A stretch of 64,000 nt of DNA. Origin: Gekko japonicus. Its lineage: Eukaryota. Under the pieces are notes generated by a model, which did no database searches, was not told the origin of the DNA, and worked only from the letters and a program-made list of their open reading frames with translations. Where the stretch lies: assembly GCF_001447785.1 (NCBI RefSeq), contig NW_015169227.1:1-64000 (forward strand). Reading direction: 5' to 3'. Within the stretch, counting starts at the first letter, position 1. Each line of letters begins with the position of its first letter. The position numbers were made by a program, and so were the translations under genes. Below, one piece after another: positions 11,103 through 24,847 of this stretch.

Positions 11103-12780
11103 AAGTGCTGTCAAGTCATAACCAATTTATGGTGACCCTAGCAAGGGGCTTTCAAGACAGGTGAAAAGCATCTTTCTCTGCAGAGTCTTCCTCGGTGGTC
11201 TCCCTTTTAAGTATTAACCCAACACTTCCGCCCAAATTAGATATAATTGGCAGGGTCAACTCACCGCTAGCTTCCAAACCAACAAGGGTGTGAAACAAGG
11301 CTGCTTGCTTGCTCTGTCCTTATTTAATCTATTTGTTAACAATATGATTCCATTTGTGAAATCACAGGCTAGACATCCCCCTTTTCTCGCAAACACACCA
11401 ATTTCAATTCTTCTTTACGTAGATGATGCCATCCTTCTCTCTAAAACAGGACTAGGTCTAAAATCAGTAATTAATGCATTCATTACCCATTGCAATAAAG
11501 AGGACCTTAAAGTTAATTACTCCAAATCAAAGGTCCTTAGGTTCTCTAGAACCTTTCATAATGGACCTAAGGTGATAAGCACACTGGGTGGGACCTTGGA
11601 GAGAGTCCCCTCATTTAACTACCTGGGTATCATTTTTAACTACAACCTATCATGGAAACAACATATTCAGGCGGCCCTCAAAGCTGCGAATATCACAATT
11701 AAGGCGATTTAAAAATTCTTTTATTCCAAAGGTGCTAAACATATACCAGCTGCCATTAAGATTTTCAATGCGAAGGTTGCCCCGCAGATCCTTTACAGGT
11801 GCGCGGTGTGGATTGAAGGTGTATCTGACATCCTTGACTCACTCCTACACACTTTTCTGAGGGAAACTGCGGCAGTTTCGAGATGTGTAGCGGGAACCGC
11901 ACTTAGGGTTGAATTTGCCCAACCATCAATGGAAAAGAGAGCCTGGCTCGCAGCTTTCAAACTGTTTGTGAAGAAGGGCGCCCAGGGTGGTAGCACAAAT
12001 AAAGTGGGCTTCTCACATTTAATCCCCTGCGATACCTACAAGAACAGTCGATCAAAGCGAAGAAATTAACAACTTTGGGGATTGATATAAAAACTCCATT
12101 GTTAAACGAGTCACTCAGAGAAATCAAATCAAAACAAAAGGATCTTGACTTCAGCAGTACCTTCCAAAGAGCTCGACGTACTTGCTCTGGTCTATCCTTG
12201 GGTCTTCCCCCCCGCCCCCGAGGCTATCCCGTCATATTGCTATACTTTAAAGATCCCAAGACAACGCAGAGCTTTCAACTTGGCGAAACTTAATTCCTTC
12301 CCCTCTAAGGTGCTCTCTGGTCGTTTCTTGGGACTTCCATTTTCGGAACAAGTTTGCGATTGTGGACAAGAGATGATAGAAACTATGGATCATATAATGC
12401 TTTTCTGTCCTACGTGGAATAAGGAAAGAGAAAGATATATCATTCCCGTTATGAGAAAAGAAAAGCTTCCCCTCCTTCCTTGGGTAGTTTCAGTGCTATT
12501 GTCTGATAATTCCCCTGACAATCAAACCACGGCTATAGTGGCTTCCTTTCTAGCCGTGGTGATTAAGAAAACAAATCTCCCTGAGTTTAATTAGTTTACT
12601 CCTGATAACTGTCGACCTATATACAAATTTGACAATTTTAAGTGTGTGTTGTTGTTTTTTTAATCCTGTACAGTTGCTATGGCTTTCTTGCTAATGCAAT
12701 AAAGATATTATTATTAAGTATTAACTCTGCTTGCCTTCCAAGATCTGATAAGATCAGGATATATCATGCCACCTCCACCA
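11103..12780 (-). mobile_element. 5S-derived SINE split by the LINE insertion at 11219-12714
   Basis: ggtggtctccc...aagtattaac | tctgcttgccttccaagatctgataagatcagg joins into reverse-complement 5S-like sequence. Confidence 0.7.
11219..12714 (+). mobile_element. 5'-truncated non-LTR retrotransposon (RTE-X-like), RT C-terminal half plus zinc knuckle
   Basis: GVKQGCLL...LFN, LLYVDD, FNYLGI, CDCG...ETMDHIMLFCP; AATAAA plus (TAT)n tail; 11-bp TSD taagtattaac at 11208-11218 and 12715-12725. Confidence 0.85.
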
Positions 12781-12992
12781 CCCCCATGGTGCTTCTTAAA
12801 CTGAGTTCCCAAAGGGAGCTCACTGAAGGAGTCCTGCTGCCAGTCCCTGTGGTGATCACATGGTAGATTTTACATGTAGTTGGACCTTAGTTATACTCCA
12901 ACGTATAATCAAGAGATGGGTGGGTTTATGAATAGAGCTATGTAACTATTTAGGGGCAGGAAAGCTTACCTGCCCAATTTGTTATCAAGAAC

Positions 12993-13544
12993 ATCAGTTC
13001 CCAGCCTTTTTGGTATGGTGACCCACAAGTTCAAATTTAGTTGGTATGGTGACCCGTCCAAAGCAGACCCAAGGGTTTTTGGTGCCCTAGGCAAACTATG
13101 ACCTTGGCACCCATCTAGGTCAGCATCCCATTTTCTACACTGGCCAGCCAGATGTTTTTGAGAAACCAACATCACACAAAGGGCACAGCTATATGAGCCC
13201 CAAGCAAGTGATGTTATGACATACACAGTCTTTCATATGGAGGCTACATTCCAGCCTTTGACCACCCTCTCCTTCATTATGCTCTCTAACCCCCCCTCCA
13301 AGATTCTCACTCTAGTAACTATCAGAACACATTTTACTTGATCAACATGCCTATACAGTGAAAAACATATCAATTAATATATGACATGGAAGATACAGTT
13401 TCTATGGTCAGTTCTTTGTTTCCAAAATACAAGAGAGAGCAATGGAAAGGGCAGGAGTGGCCATTATGGAGGGCTAGTCTGTGATACACTTTCAGAGAAT
13501 TCACAACTCACTTCTGAGTCCCCACCCACAGGTTGGGAAACACT
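12993..13544. mobile_element. hAT-Charlie-like non-autonomous element, degraded
   Basis: Ends cagttcccagcctttt / ggttgggaaacactg. Confidence 0.5.
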
Positions 13545-13931
13545 GATCAAAAAGATATAATAAATGTCAGAGGCTTCCATAAAGTGTTTCAGGGCTGTAG
13601 GGGAGGAGACTGAAGATGAAAAAGAGGAAAATAAAGGAAACAATCAAATTATTACAACAAAAAGAATTATGCTAGATGAAGCATCAGTACCATTTATTTA
13701 TATCCAGTTGCCAATACAAAATAATATTTAAGACACTATTCACAGAGTCTTCTTCTTTCATTCCTAATAAGATGATCTACCATTTCCTGTTCATATAAAA
13801 CTGCTATAATGTTGCTACTTTTAATGACTTTCCCAAATGACAAATTTCCAAAATGAGGAAAGGTGCCAGTAACCGGTTTTATGTAGTTTATCGAGGGAAC
13901 TACTCTACCTATCCTCCATCTCATAATTTAC

Positions 13932-14049
13932 CCTCTTTACGAATATATTTCCAGTTGACCTGCTCCATCAGTCCTCTGGGACACGCTCCATGGCAGTCTG
14001 AATCATATAAGAGGTCTTTTACTATGAAACAATGGGAAATATTTTTCAT
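13932..14049 (-). CDS. NHSL1: Candidate NHSL1 alternative first coding exon (MKNISHCFIVKDLLYDSDCHGACPRGLMEQVNWKYIRKE)
   Basis: 39 open codons plus 1 nt, donor GAGG|gtaaat, phase 1, in unique sequence. Homology not verified. Confidence 0.45.
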
Positions 14050-14232
14050 TAAATTAAGTAGATTCCAGATGAATTATCCATCTGAAAAGTCTACAAAAAA
14101 CATTATATTAGGAAATGATAGTTTAATTATCTAACTTAAAAATACTTCTAACAGATAAGAAACAGACTATTTATGAATATGAATGACTAACGTTGCAATT
14201 TTGTGACAACAATATATAGGTGAAAATCAGTG

Positions 14233-14470
14233 ACAGCCAGTGTGGTGTATGTACAGAATGTCAGCAGACCAGAATCTGGGAGACCCAGGTTCAAATCCCT
14301 AACTTTGTCATGGAGGCTTGCTGGATGACCTTGCACCGGTCACACTCTCTCAGCCTAACCTACCTCACAGAATTGTGAAGTTAAAAGTGGAAGAGAGGAG
14401 AATGATGTAAGCTACCCTAGGTCCCCACTGGGGAGAAAAGAGGGGTATAAACGAAGCAAATAAATAAACA
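14233..14470 (+). mobile_element. Squam3-like tRNA SINE
   Basis: agccagtgtggtgta...ctgggagacccaggttcaaatccc head; L2-like 3' end and aaataaa tail. Confidence 0.8.
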
Positions 14471-14519
14471 TATTCAGTACCGATCAAACAGTCCAGTCCT
14501 ACAAATTGAGAAATTTAAA

Positions 14520-14654
14520 TCAATTCATAATTGCTGGATTTGGACTTTATCGGTATTCTAAAACTGATAAAACAGGCATTGATCAATTCATAATCGCTGG
14601 ATTTGGACTTTATCAGTATTTATTGGTATTCTAAAACTGATAAAACAGGCATTG
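14520..14654 (+). repeat. Imperfect tandem duplication, unit about 63-70 bp
   Basis: tcaattcataat.gctggatttggactttatc...ggtattctaaaactgataaaacaggcattg occurs twice. Confidence 0.85.
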
Positions 14655-15417
14655 CTTAACCAAATAAACACACAGTACTAGCACCATGCAACTTTCTAAA
14701 ATTCCAGAAAGCCGCAGATTTGCTAGTGAAGCCAAGCACATTATTGCTGGTAATATTCCAGGCATCTCTGATGTACAACCAAATAATTTTGCAGAGGGGA
14801 AAATAGAGAAACAAAGTAAAGACATTTGTTCAGATCAGCAACACACCTACATACACATGTGCCTCTTTGAAATGCACATTTGTTCAAATAAAAATTTTGC
14901 ATGCACACTTGTACTTGCATGACATCTTTCCATAGGTACACAGTGTGGATCTACTCCATATTTGCTATATGTATGCCAGGGTTCCTCACAGCAAACATAC
15001 TGGCAGCATAGTGTGTAGATCACCACAACTGACAAATGCTGACAATAGGGGTGTACATTTTTAAAGAAATCATTGAAACTATTACAATTTTAATTAAACT
15101 TTTAAACATTAACGATTAGCAACACCAGGCTCACCTGCTTCGGCTTTCTCCCAGCCTCCCCTTCAGAACTGGGGTCCTTCCTCCTTCCTACTACTGTTGT
15201 CTCCTCCCCTTCTAGCTGGTGGTTCCCTGTCACTCTCATCTCCTTCTCCCTCATTCCACACCAACCTCCTTCCTCCTCCTTTGAAGAGCTAGTCTTTACC
15301 ACCTCTTCAGATCAGTCCCATGATCTTTCCCACTCTGTCTTTTGTATCCTCTACTTTCTCCATTTCTTCTTGCTGGCTGCCTTCTCAAGGCTATTTAGAG
15401 CCCTCCATCACTTACAG

Positions 15418-16477
15418 GCTTCAACAGTACGTGGATAGAGAACTGCCAGAAGTATAAGCTGGGTTTCGAAGAGGTAGAGGAACTAGAGATCAAATTGCCA
15501 ACATTCGCTGGATTACGGAGAAAGCAAGAGAGAACCAGAAAAACATCTACTTCTGCTTCACTGACTATGCTAATGCCTTTGACTGTGTGGATCACAACAA
15601 ACTATGGCAGGTCCTTAAAGAGATGGGAGTACCAGACCACCTCACATGTCTCTTGAGAAACCTGTATAAGGGCCAAGAAGCGACAGTTAGAACCGGATAT
15701 GGAACAACTGATTGGTTCAGCATAGGAAAAGGAGTACGACAAGGATGTATACTGTCACCTTGCTTATTTAATATATATGCAGAGTACATCATGCAAAATG
15801 CTGGCCTGGATGAATCACAAGCCAGAATTCATCCGGCCCCATCACTCCTTGGCAAATAGAAGGGGAAGCTGTGGAAGTAGTGACAGACTTCACGTTCCTG
15901 GGATCCCAGATCACCGCAGACTGTGACAGCAGCCATGAAATTAAAAGATTTCCTTGGGAGGAAAGTGATGGCGAACCTAAACAGCATGATAAAAAGTAGA
16001 GACATCACCCTGCCAACAAAAGTCCGCATGGTCAAAGCAATGGTATTCCCAGTAGTCATGTATGGCTGTGAGAGTTGGACTATAAGGAAGGCCGAGCGCC
16101 GAAGAATAGATTCTTTTGAACTATGGTGCTGGAGGAGACTCTTGAGAGTCCCTTGGACTGCAAGAAGAACAAATCAGTCAATCCTCAAAGAAATCAACCC
16201 TGACTGTTCCCTGGAAGGCCAGATAATGAAACTGAAGCTCCAATACTTTGGCCACCAAATGAGAAGGGAGCACTCACTGGAGAAGACCCTGATGCTGGGA
16301 AAGATTGAAGGTCAAAGAAGACGGGGACGGCAAAGGATGAGATGGTTAGACAGTGTCATAGATGCAACGAACATGAAGTTGAGCAAACTTCAGAGGACGG
16401 CGGAAGACCGGAAGGCCTGGCGTGATCTGGTCCATGGGTCGCGAAGAGTCGGACTCGACTATGTGACTGAACAACAA
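15418..16477 (+). mobile_element. Bov-B (RTE) LINE, 5'-truncated, with internal deletion
   Basis: AFDCVDHNKLW, GVRQGCILSP, VFPVVMYGCESWT, RRRGRQRMRWLD; (CAA)n tail; 12-bp TSD catcacttacag at 15406-15417 and 16478-16489. Confidence 0.95.
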
Positions 16478-17034
16478 CATCACTTACAGAGCCACACCTA
16501 CCAAGCCAGATTTCACCCTCCCTCCTCTGTTCCACCCTCCCCAGGTGCAGTTGATGGTAAGTTGCCCAGCTGGGGAGCTTGGCACCAGGAGCTGTCCAGC
16601 TAACCCTGCCAGCTGGCTATCAAGTTTGGGGTCAGGCATGTTGGTGTTTTCCCATCTGTCTCCCTCTGCTGCTGAAGGATGGCCCCTTTCACAGCTTCTT
16701 CCACTGGGTAAGGGATTGAGAGCCAAGCCCAGGACATCAACTCAGGCAAGTGGCAACAGCTGCATTACAGATGTATGTCCCATTGCATCTCACTGGTTGG
16801 TATTGATTTGGCAGATATGATTGAGCCTCTGCTCAATATGGTGCTATGGAAATGAGGCACTCGGTAGTAATGCAGGTTATCACAGTGTTTTGTAAATACA
16901 TTTTCAGAGGAGGAAGCACACACATAATCTTGACAACTGCATGCAAAAAAAAAAGGAGTAATGACTTTTCAAAAAATAATTGTTCAAGGCTTGTGTAAAC
17001 ATTTAAGCTTTTACAGCAATATAAAATAGATACT

Positions 17035-17225
17035 TTATTTATACCCCTCCTTTTTACTTAACAGGGACCCAAAGCAGCTTACATAGTTCTCTTCCTACAT
17101 CACATCCTCACAAATAACTCTCTGAGGTAGGTTAGGCCGAGTGTCCCAAGGTTGCCAGCTTCCATGGCAGAGTGGGGATTCAAACCTAGGTCTCCCATAT
17201 CCTAGTCCAACACTCTTAACAGCTA
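17035..17225 (-). mobile_element. Squam3-like SINE
   Basis: gaggtaggttaggc core and tRNA-like head on the minus strand. Confidence 0.7.
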
Positions 17226-18954
17226 TTCTGGCAATGATAAATGAATGCTTGTCATGTAAAAGTTTAATGTTTGATCTCTAGCTGCTAATGAGCAGCAGAC
17301 TACACGTCCTATTTCTGTTCCGGATAACAAAAAGGAAACTCTCTGTTAGGGCCTGATTCAAGAAAACAGTACGGCCTTTCTCAGATGTAGGAGTTGCATA
17401 CTTCTCCTGATTTTTTTAAAAGATAAACAAGATCTAATGAAGGGATGTTAGTCAAACCTACACTTATTAATCTTGAAATAAGCATCTATGAATATAAAAA
17501 AAGTTTGAAAAAGCCATCAAGTCCTGCCTACTAGTATTCCAGCATTTATCTGATCACCCTTTCTTACTGAAAGGTTTCAAAAGTATTCTTCTACAAGAAG
17601 CAAGATATAAATAATATATAAATTATGAGGCATTCTGTTCCCATTTGAAATTAGCCAAGGTATTTTTCTTGAGAACAAAACCAAGTTCCCACCACAAAGG
17701 CAGCCCCAAGAGGCAATGAATTCGGCTGCCCCTCCCATCTAAAACTCAAGTCATTCACAGTGGCCTCTTTCAACCAAGCAATCTCACTCTTCATGCATCT
17801 TGATACTTCTCCAGCTACTATGGAGTGATAATTATTTAAAGCAGGGAGCCAGGGAGGAAAAATCAGTGAAGTTTTCTCTTAACAGTTGTAAAAGAAAAGA
17901 GCTGTATATGACTCAACCCACAGGGGAAACGATGCATACAGTGGGGTTTTGGAAGGATTACCGAGTAGGAAACTACTTTACAGAAAATCATGGCAGCTCT
18001 CTCATTGTCCGCACAGGAGATTAGAAACCTCTGGGAAGGAGGCTAGGGGAATGATGAGCAGACAGAATGGAGACACAATGCAGCATAAAGAATATAGAGG
18101 GGGTGGGACAGAACTTATTGCAGTAATCCTGTTTAGCCAAAACATAATAAAGCAGAATTATTATTTCCCCCTACTTTCTATCCAATCTCTCTCTACACCA
18201 ATTTGAAAGAATTATCATTACCACCATGAAAACTAAACACAGGATATGCAAGGGTCACAAATATCTGCAAGGGTTTCCTATTTTTGATATATTTCACAGC
18301 TTTAGGATAAGGTAGGACAAAAGTGAACCATAGATGCCTGATGCAAGGAGCTTTCTAGCAAAATAACTTGAAGAGAATGAAAATCATTTAGCTGCTATGA
18401 ATGTTTAATTTGCCCCTACATTCAATACCTGTTAGCCTGCTAGATACATTCATTCAGATCTCCCTCTCTTTTTTGCACAAAAACTCATATTTTAAATTTC
18501 CAAACCTTTACAGTTCACTGATGACACTGGACCAGTTCACTACTGATGGCTGAACTCTCCCCGGTATGATTCTGAATCAGACCAATTACATCAAATTGAT
18601 CTGGAGAACATTCATTGGACATTCAAAATTAATCCAATTTTAAAACTGGGCCAGTGAAGAAAAACCCGTCCCTCTATAACTAAGATGAAATATTTTGTGT
18701 GCCCCATCAAAGGTTGGGAGTGAGATCCCTACCCCTTGGCCACCCCGACTCAGGCATAGGACCTCAATCTTTGTTGGATTCAATTTCAATCGACTCAGTC
18801 TAAGCCAACCAGCCACAGCTTTAAATATTGTTAAAAATATTTATTGTTAAAAAAGCATACAGCTTTTAGCTTAGGCTATTAGATTGGATTCTCATATGTC
18901 TGTATTCCTTTTTAATTAATTTGTTGACTTTAGGCTGGCCCTGGTTGAGGCTAG

Positions 18955-19200
18955 GCGGGCATCTTTCGGGCCAAGGACAACCAGTAGATGGCTATCCGCA
19001 GAGCATCTTCAGGGCACATACAGGGAGAGGCAGTCCTGCAGATATGTCAGTCCCAGGCCGCATAAGGGTTTAAAGGTCAAGATCAGCATCTTGAAACGAA
19101 TCCAGTACTTTGCTTTGAATGAGGGTCTGGCATGATGTGGTTCATGGGGTCGCAAAGAGTTGAACTCGACTGTGCGACTGAACAACAACAACAACAACAA
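18955..19200. mobile_element. L2 fragment (minus) joined to a Bov-B 3' tail (plus, about 19117-19200)
   Basis: RFKMLILTFKPLCGLG..YLQD L2 motif; ggggtcgcaaagagt...gactgaac(aac)n. Confidence 0.75.
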
Positions 19201-19774
19201 AATACAAATGCTACCCAGATGGAGGTTTTAAATCTGCTTCTGACATTTTAGAATTTTATTAAATAGAAAAATCAGGAACTACCTCACAGCTTCTTAATAA
19301 ATATTAAGTGCACTAACTATTTAAAGCCTCAAAACACTCTACACAAATATTTTGTATTAAATAATAGTAATATTTTAAGAAATTTTGGCCACAGTTGCCT
19401 CAATTTAAGGGTGGAAATGGGGTGGTATTAGAATGATTTATGTTGTCCAAGACTTTTGGGTCATTGGATTATTTAAAATAAAGATTTTAAGAAAATGAAA
19501 AACAAGTGTGTATTTTCTCACAAGGGAACCAAGTCTACATAGCCATCTGTATAACAGAGTTTAAATAAATTTTCATCCAGTAACACCAGGAAAATTCCCA
19601 CAAACTCACTGTAAAACTCTTTGAAAAATCCTATTCCAAATGCTTTGTTCCACCTAACTATATTCTTATTACCTGTCATAACCCGCCAAACAATGTTGCT
19701 GGGTAAATTAATTTTTTCTCCGTGTTTTCATCTTTTGAAGAATGTGGAAATAAAATAAACAAGGCTTCCATATA

Positions 19775-19911
19775 CCCTGTTTCCCCGAAAATAAGACCTA
19801 CCCCAAAAATAAGCCCTAGCAGGATTTCTATGCATTTGTGGTATAAGCCCTAGTGTGTCTTCTTGAGAAAAAATAAATATAAGACAGTGTCTTATTTTCG
19901 GGGAAACACAG
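19775..19911. mobile_element. pogo/Tigger-type MITE
   Basis: TIR tgtttccccgaaaataagac / gtcttattttcggggaaaca, flanked by TA on both sides. Confidence 0.85.
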
Positions 19912-21087
19912 TAAATGCTGGGTAATATTTTTATTAAAAACATAAATACTTTCAAAAACCAGAATAAAATTGGGTTCAAATGGATTTCTGTAGCTAAAGG
20001 GTTCCCAAAGTGATACGCTTTACAAAGCTCCCAATATCCCAATCAATTTTATTTCCCACTCTGAAGAAATCCTAACAAAGCCTTGCCTCACCACTTGTTT
20101 TCAAAGGCAGATGTGCTTATATAAGGAAAATGTGTCAGGTCCCAGACTGTTAACGGCTTCTGAGGTAGTAATCAAATTGCACCTAGAAACCATTTCAGTG
20201 CAGCTGCTTTAATACAACACCATACAATCTCATATCTCAAGCCCAAGGCTGGATTTCTGCTTTCCATTCCAGCTGAAACTTTATGATATTTCTAAAGAGC
20301 TGCTCCACAAAGAATATGATTCAGAAGTTCATTCTTGAACTTGACATGAAGGTTAGGACCTACTTTCAAAAGAACTCTGAACTCCCCAAATTCAGACTCT
20401 GGACCAACACTTGCTCAAATTTAAAGGTTTTGCTTATTTTCTCTACACAGCCATGTCTGTGAATACCCAGTTTCTGGGAAAACATATTAGCATGAACTAG
20501 TCATCACACTGAGAATGTTGTGAGGAAGACTAATACAGTCTGATTAATGAAAGTATGGGGCAGATTTCTGTTGGAAGTAGAATATACCCTACATGGCTAA
20601 ACTTTGAAGATTCCCAGCTATCCCCAGTTGGATGGCTTCAGGTTACATTGTTTCCCTTTTGTCTATACATAGTTCTCTCACACAGAATATAATGAAAACT
20701 AGAGTTGAATATTATTAGTGTACTGATGGTAATTGAATCCTGGCCTCTCAGCACAGTCTTTTCCTATGTCTCTACAGTAGATGTAAAACAAAAACAAAAA
20801 GAAGACAGATCCTGTGGTTCCACACAGGAGTTTTAAAATAATCCCATGTAGCATTCTGTAAATTAGTCAAAAATTGTTTCAATCAGAGTCATCCCCCAAC
20901 TTCCAATTTCACTCTATAATAATTGTATCAATGTTTACTAGCCCACTATCAAAACTGTCAAGAGCTAATAAGACCAACACAGGACATAAAACCCTGTTGA
21001 TCTTATCCAGCAGGGCAACTAAAGCTGTCTCTGACCCTAAACCAGTCTGCAACCACATTAGGAGTTTAAACAGCCTAAGAAATTATG

Positions 21088-21183
21088 TTACCTAATCTAA
21101 ACCTAGTGTTGTGCAGCAACCAAGGGATGATACAAATACCTAATCTAAACCTGGTGTTGTGCAGCAACCAAGGGATGATACAA
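21088..21183 (+). repeat. 48-bp tandem duplication
   Basis: tacctaatctaaacct(a/g)gtgttgtgcagcaaccaagggatgatacaa occurs twice. Confidence 0.9.
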
Positions 21184-22159
21184 CATTTTATTAAAATAGC
21201 TTCTTTTGGAGGAATTATCACTCCTCCTCACATGCCACTTGAAACCACCTCTTTCTTAACAATGTTAATAATTATATCTCTCAGAATTAGGTCACTCTTC
21301 CCCCACTGATCTAATTAGTCATGAAGGACAGGGGACCAAGAACATGTGGTTGCACACACTCCCACTAGCAGCTTGTCAACATCCACTGAGAAAATCCATT
21401 AAAAGTTGAAATGTATCCAAACAGCTGATCCAAATGCCAATAGTATTTCTATTTTGGATTATGCTTTAACTGCAGCTACAATTGACAAGATTTAGTAAGG
21501 GTTTTCTGTCACTTGAACTTCAAGACATCTCCATGGGCATCTCAAAGACCTTCAACTGCTCAACATAACAAGGTGTTTTTTTTTTTACTTTCGCTCCCTC
21601 AAATCCTGGAACAGGATGTCAAGGAACCACCAACCTCCACCCGTTAGCTACCTATAGGCAAATGGTAGTGTGACCATAAGCAGATAAATCCAACAGAAAA
21701 GTCTGTTCCACAGTCTCCCACAGCAGATAAAAAGCAATTATATAATACAAGATAATAGTCCATCTATGGCAAGGGTGATACACTCCTACTAAATACCAAA
21801 CCCGTGCTCTGCTTCTTGACTCAGCCCATAATATACAATAATAATCCTATCATTGCTTTGGTGACCATGAACCCCTAGCTATGCACTGGCGAGTGCCTCA
21901 GTATAGATGCTGAAGCCCACTTACACATTTAAATTGAAATTCCACACATCAGTGCCAGCTGCCACCATAAAACTGCACTACTCTCCATATGACAGGAATA
22001 AACCATGTAGCAAGTCAATCATATATGTCATGGCATATGTAGATATTTCATAGCATGGAATCATTACTAGGCATTCTTCATGTGACTGGTGGTTCTTCGA
22101 TCTAGAACTATTATTGAAGAAAGAAATATATAGGAATTGAAGAAATATGAAAGTAGAAC

Positions 22160-22823
22160 ATTTAAGGGTGGACTGAAAGTTAAACGTAAACAGCCAGTGT
22201 GATGTGGCAACAAAAAAGGCTAATGCAATCTTGAGGTGTAACAACAGAGGCATAACATCCTAATCACAAGATGTGATAGTTACCACTGTACACTGCATTG
22301 GTCAGGCAGCACCTGGAGTATTGCATGCAGTTCTGGAAGCCTTACTTCAAAAAGAATGTGGACAGAATGGAGTGTGTACAGAGAAGAGCAACGAGGATGA
22401 GCAATCAGGGGACTGAAGACCAAGCCCTATGAGGAAAGGCTGAGGGACTTGGGAATGTTTCCTCTGGAGAAGAGGAGGTTGAGGGGTGATATGATTGCTC
22501 TCTTTAAGTATTTGAAGAGCTGTCACTTAGAGGGGCAGGGAGCTGTTCCTGTTGGCAGCAGAGGATAGGACTCGCAATAATGGGTTTAAATTAAGGGCAG
22601 GAAGGTACCGACTGTATATTAGTAAAAACTTTTTTACAGTAAGAGTTGTTCAACAGTGGAATCCGCTGCCTAGGGAGGTGGTGAGCTCCCCCTCCCTGGC
22701 AGTCTTTAAGCAGCATCTGGACAAACACTTGTCAGGAATACTGTAGGCTGATCCTGCATTGAGCAGGGGCTTGGACTAGATAATGTGTATGGCCCAGTTC
22801 AACTCTGTGATTCTATGATTCTA
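22160..22823 (+). mobile_element. CR1 LINE 3' fragment
   Basis: KKANAIL.C, LYTALVR.HLEYC.QFW, FFTVRVV..WN.LP motifs; (attctatg)n tail. Confidence 0.92.
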
Positions 22824-24184
22824 TTAACTAAGACCTCAAAGAGCATGATATTGACTGGAGCACCAGTGTGATAAAAAAAGACACAAGAATTTAAAAGAAA
22901 GTTGTTGGAAAGCTTGAAATGGTTCTCAGCTCCTTTCGTTCTGTCTGCATGCTGTTCAACACAAGAATCTCTAACTTAGCATAGTTTACACTCAGACCCA
23001 CTACCTCACTTTATTCAATATCTTATATAATTTCAGTATCACTTCTTTATTACTTCTCTTTCATACACTTAATTAAATTCTAAACAAAGTACCCAATTAA
23101 GTAAGATGCCTAATTTGAATGTAAACATTTGAGTCAGCAAAACAGAGAAAAATCAGATATATTACTGAAATTCAACGGTAGATCAAAGGCAGTACTGGTT
23201 GTAAAAGATAAAAATTTGATTAGAGTGTAGAAAAGTCAATGATATAATCAATACAACTGAATTACCAATTCCCTGGGGAAAGCCCAGTGAATAAAAGCTC
23301 AAAACTGCCTGTTTACCATGCCTGTGTTGTGAAAAGGCTTAGTATTTCTTTGCCTTGTTATATACAAAGCACCAATGGAGACCCCCGGGGGCAGAATTCT
23401 GAAGCACAGTGAACTCACGTCCCCTATTTACAATGGAAATTCTGACTCCTTAAATAAGTGAGCAGTTTCATTCACGATCAACTGTGGTTTGTAAACCATA
23501 TTTCTTTGTGTTTTCTATTTTAAAAAATCCTGGGTAGTTGTAGCATCTGAATGCACATGGTCCAAAAAGACAGAACTGGTTGGTTAGCACCAAACCAGGA
23601 ATCCAAACTAGGGTTTGTAGCTGGTAAATTTATTTGTGTTTGTTGTGATTTATTTTGATATCTGAATTTGCAAAACATGGATTGCTGAGCAGCTCTATGC
23701 CTTGTGCCTGCTTACCCAAAGAGACAGCAGTACAGGGGAGATGACCTCCCTGAGGGGAAGTTGAGAGCAGGTAAGAAGCAGATGAAGTTGGGATGACAGC
23801 CTTCAACAGCGACCTGGGGAACCCCTGGAATTACAGTTCATTTCCAGAGATCAGATCCCCTGGAGAAAATGGCAGCTGTGGAGGGTGGACTCTGTGGCAC
23901 TGTACCCCACTGAGGTCCCTGTCCTCCCCAGGCTCCACCCCCAAATCTCCAGGAACTTCCTAACCTGCATCTGGCAAACCTACCCCCCCATCCCCCACTG
24001 GTGGCCAGGAGGGACCTGACGACCTTAAGATGAAGTGGGGTGTCTATACATAAACGGACTACCTAGAGTTTGTTGCATAAACCACAGTTTAAACAGACCA
24101 CAGTGTATTGTGATGTTTGAATGCAGCCTCTGGATTTCAAGTCTATACCTGTAAACATGGAAATATCAGTATTGCTCACAGAGG

Positions 24185-24383
24185 ATTGGATCCTATGAAT
24201 AGGTTTTGTGCGCCCTAGATAGTCTCTGCCACAGAGCATGCTTCCTCTTCCACTAAAACTCTCATTTGCGCAAGTGCCCATTTAAACCACTGATCTTGCA
24301 CAAACTGAACTTTTAGCAGAAGAGTATTCATGGCTCTGTGGCTCTTTCTACTGTACATGGAATTCATTCATAGGATCTAAGCC
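24185..24383. mobile_element. Palindromic MITE
   Basis: Ends ggattggatcctatgaat / attcataggatctaagcc. Confidence 0.6.
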
Positions 24384-24847
24384 AGAGCTTCTGCGAGTAC
24401 AGAACTATCAGTTCCCATACTAACAGAGGGAGATAGTTGATCCTCATTTAAGGTAAAATATAAACAGCCTAATTCACTGTGTGTTTTTTTTAAAAAAATC
24501 CATGCTTTTCACTGAATGCTACTGTCTGAAAAAATAAAAATTTACTAAAACTAGAAGTTATGTTGTCATTTACTTCACCTAATACTAATTGTGCATTATG
24601 ACAGCATAGTACAATACACAAACACAACCTTTTTGGCATAGTACAAAAATCATCACTGTACAGGAACAGCAACAAGTTAAATCTGCATTTAATTGTATAC
24701 TGAAAGCATACTTCCATCTCTGATTCTATTGAATTATTTAAACTCACACTATGGTTACCATCTGCTCAGCATTCTGTTTGTTCACTTTCAAACCATGAGC
24801 TCTGTCTTATTGACCTACCCCTGCTATCATGGCTTTAGGCTTAGGTA

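Noticed and set aside
15923-16603. 226-aa ORF, the longest in the window, as a host gene
   Set aside because: It is Bov-B RT C-terminus running into flank.
14520-21183. CRISPR-like or coding repeat arrays
   Set aside because: Only two-copy tandem duplications with no spacers, in vertebrate intronic DNA.
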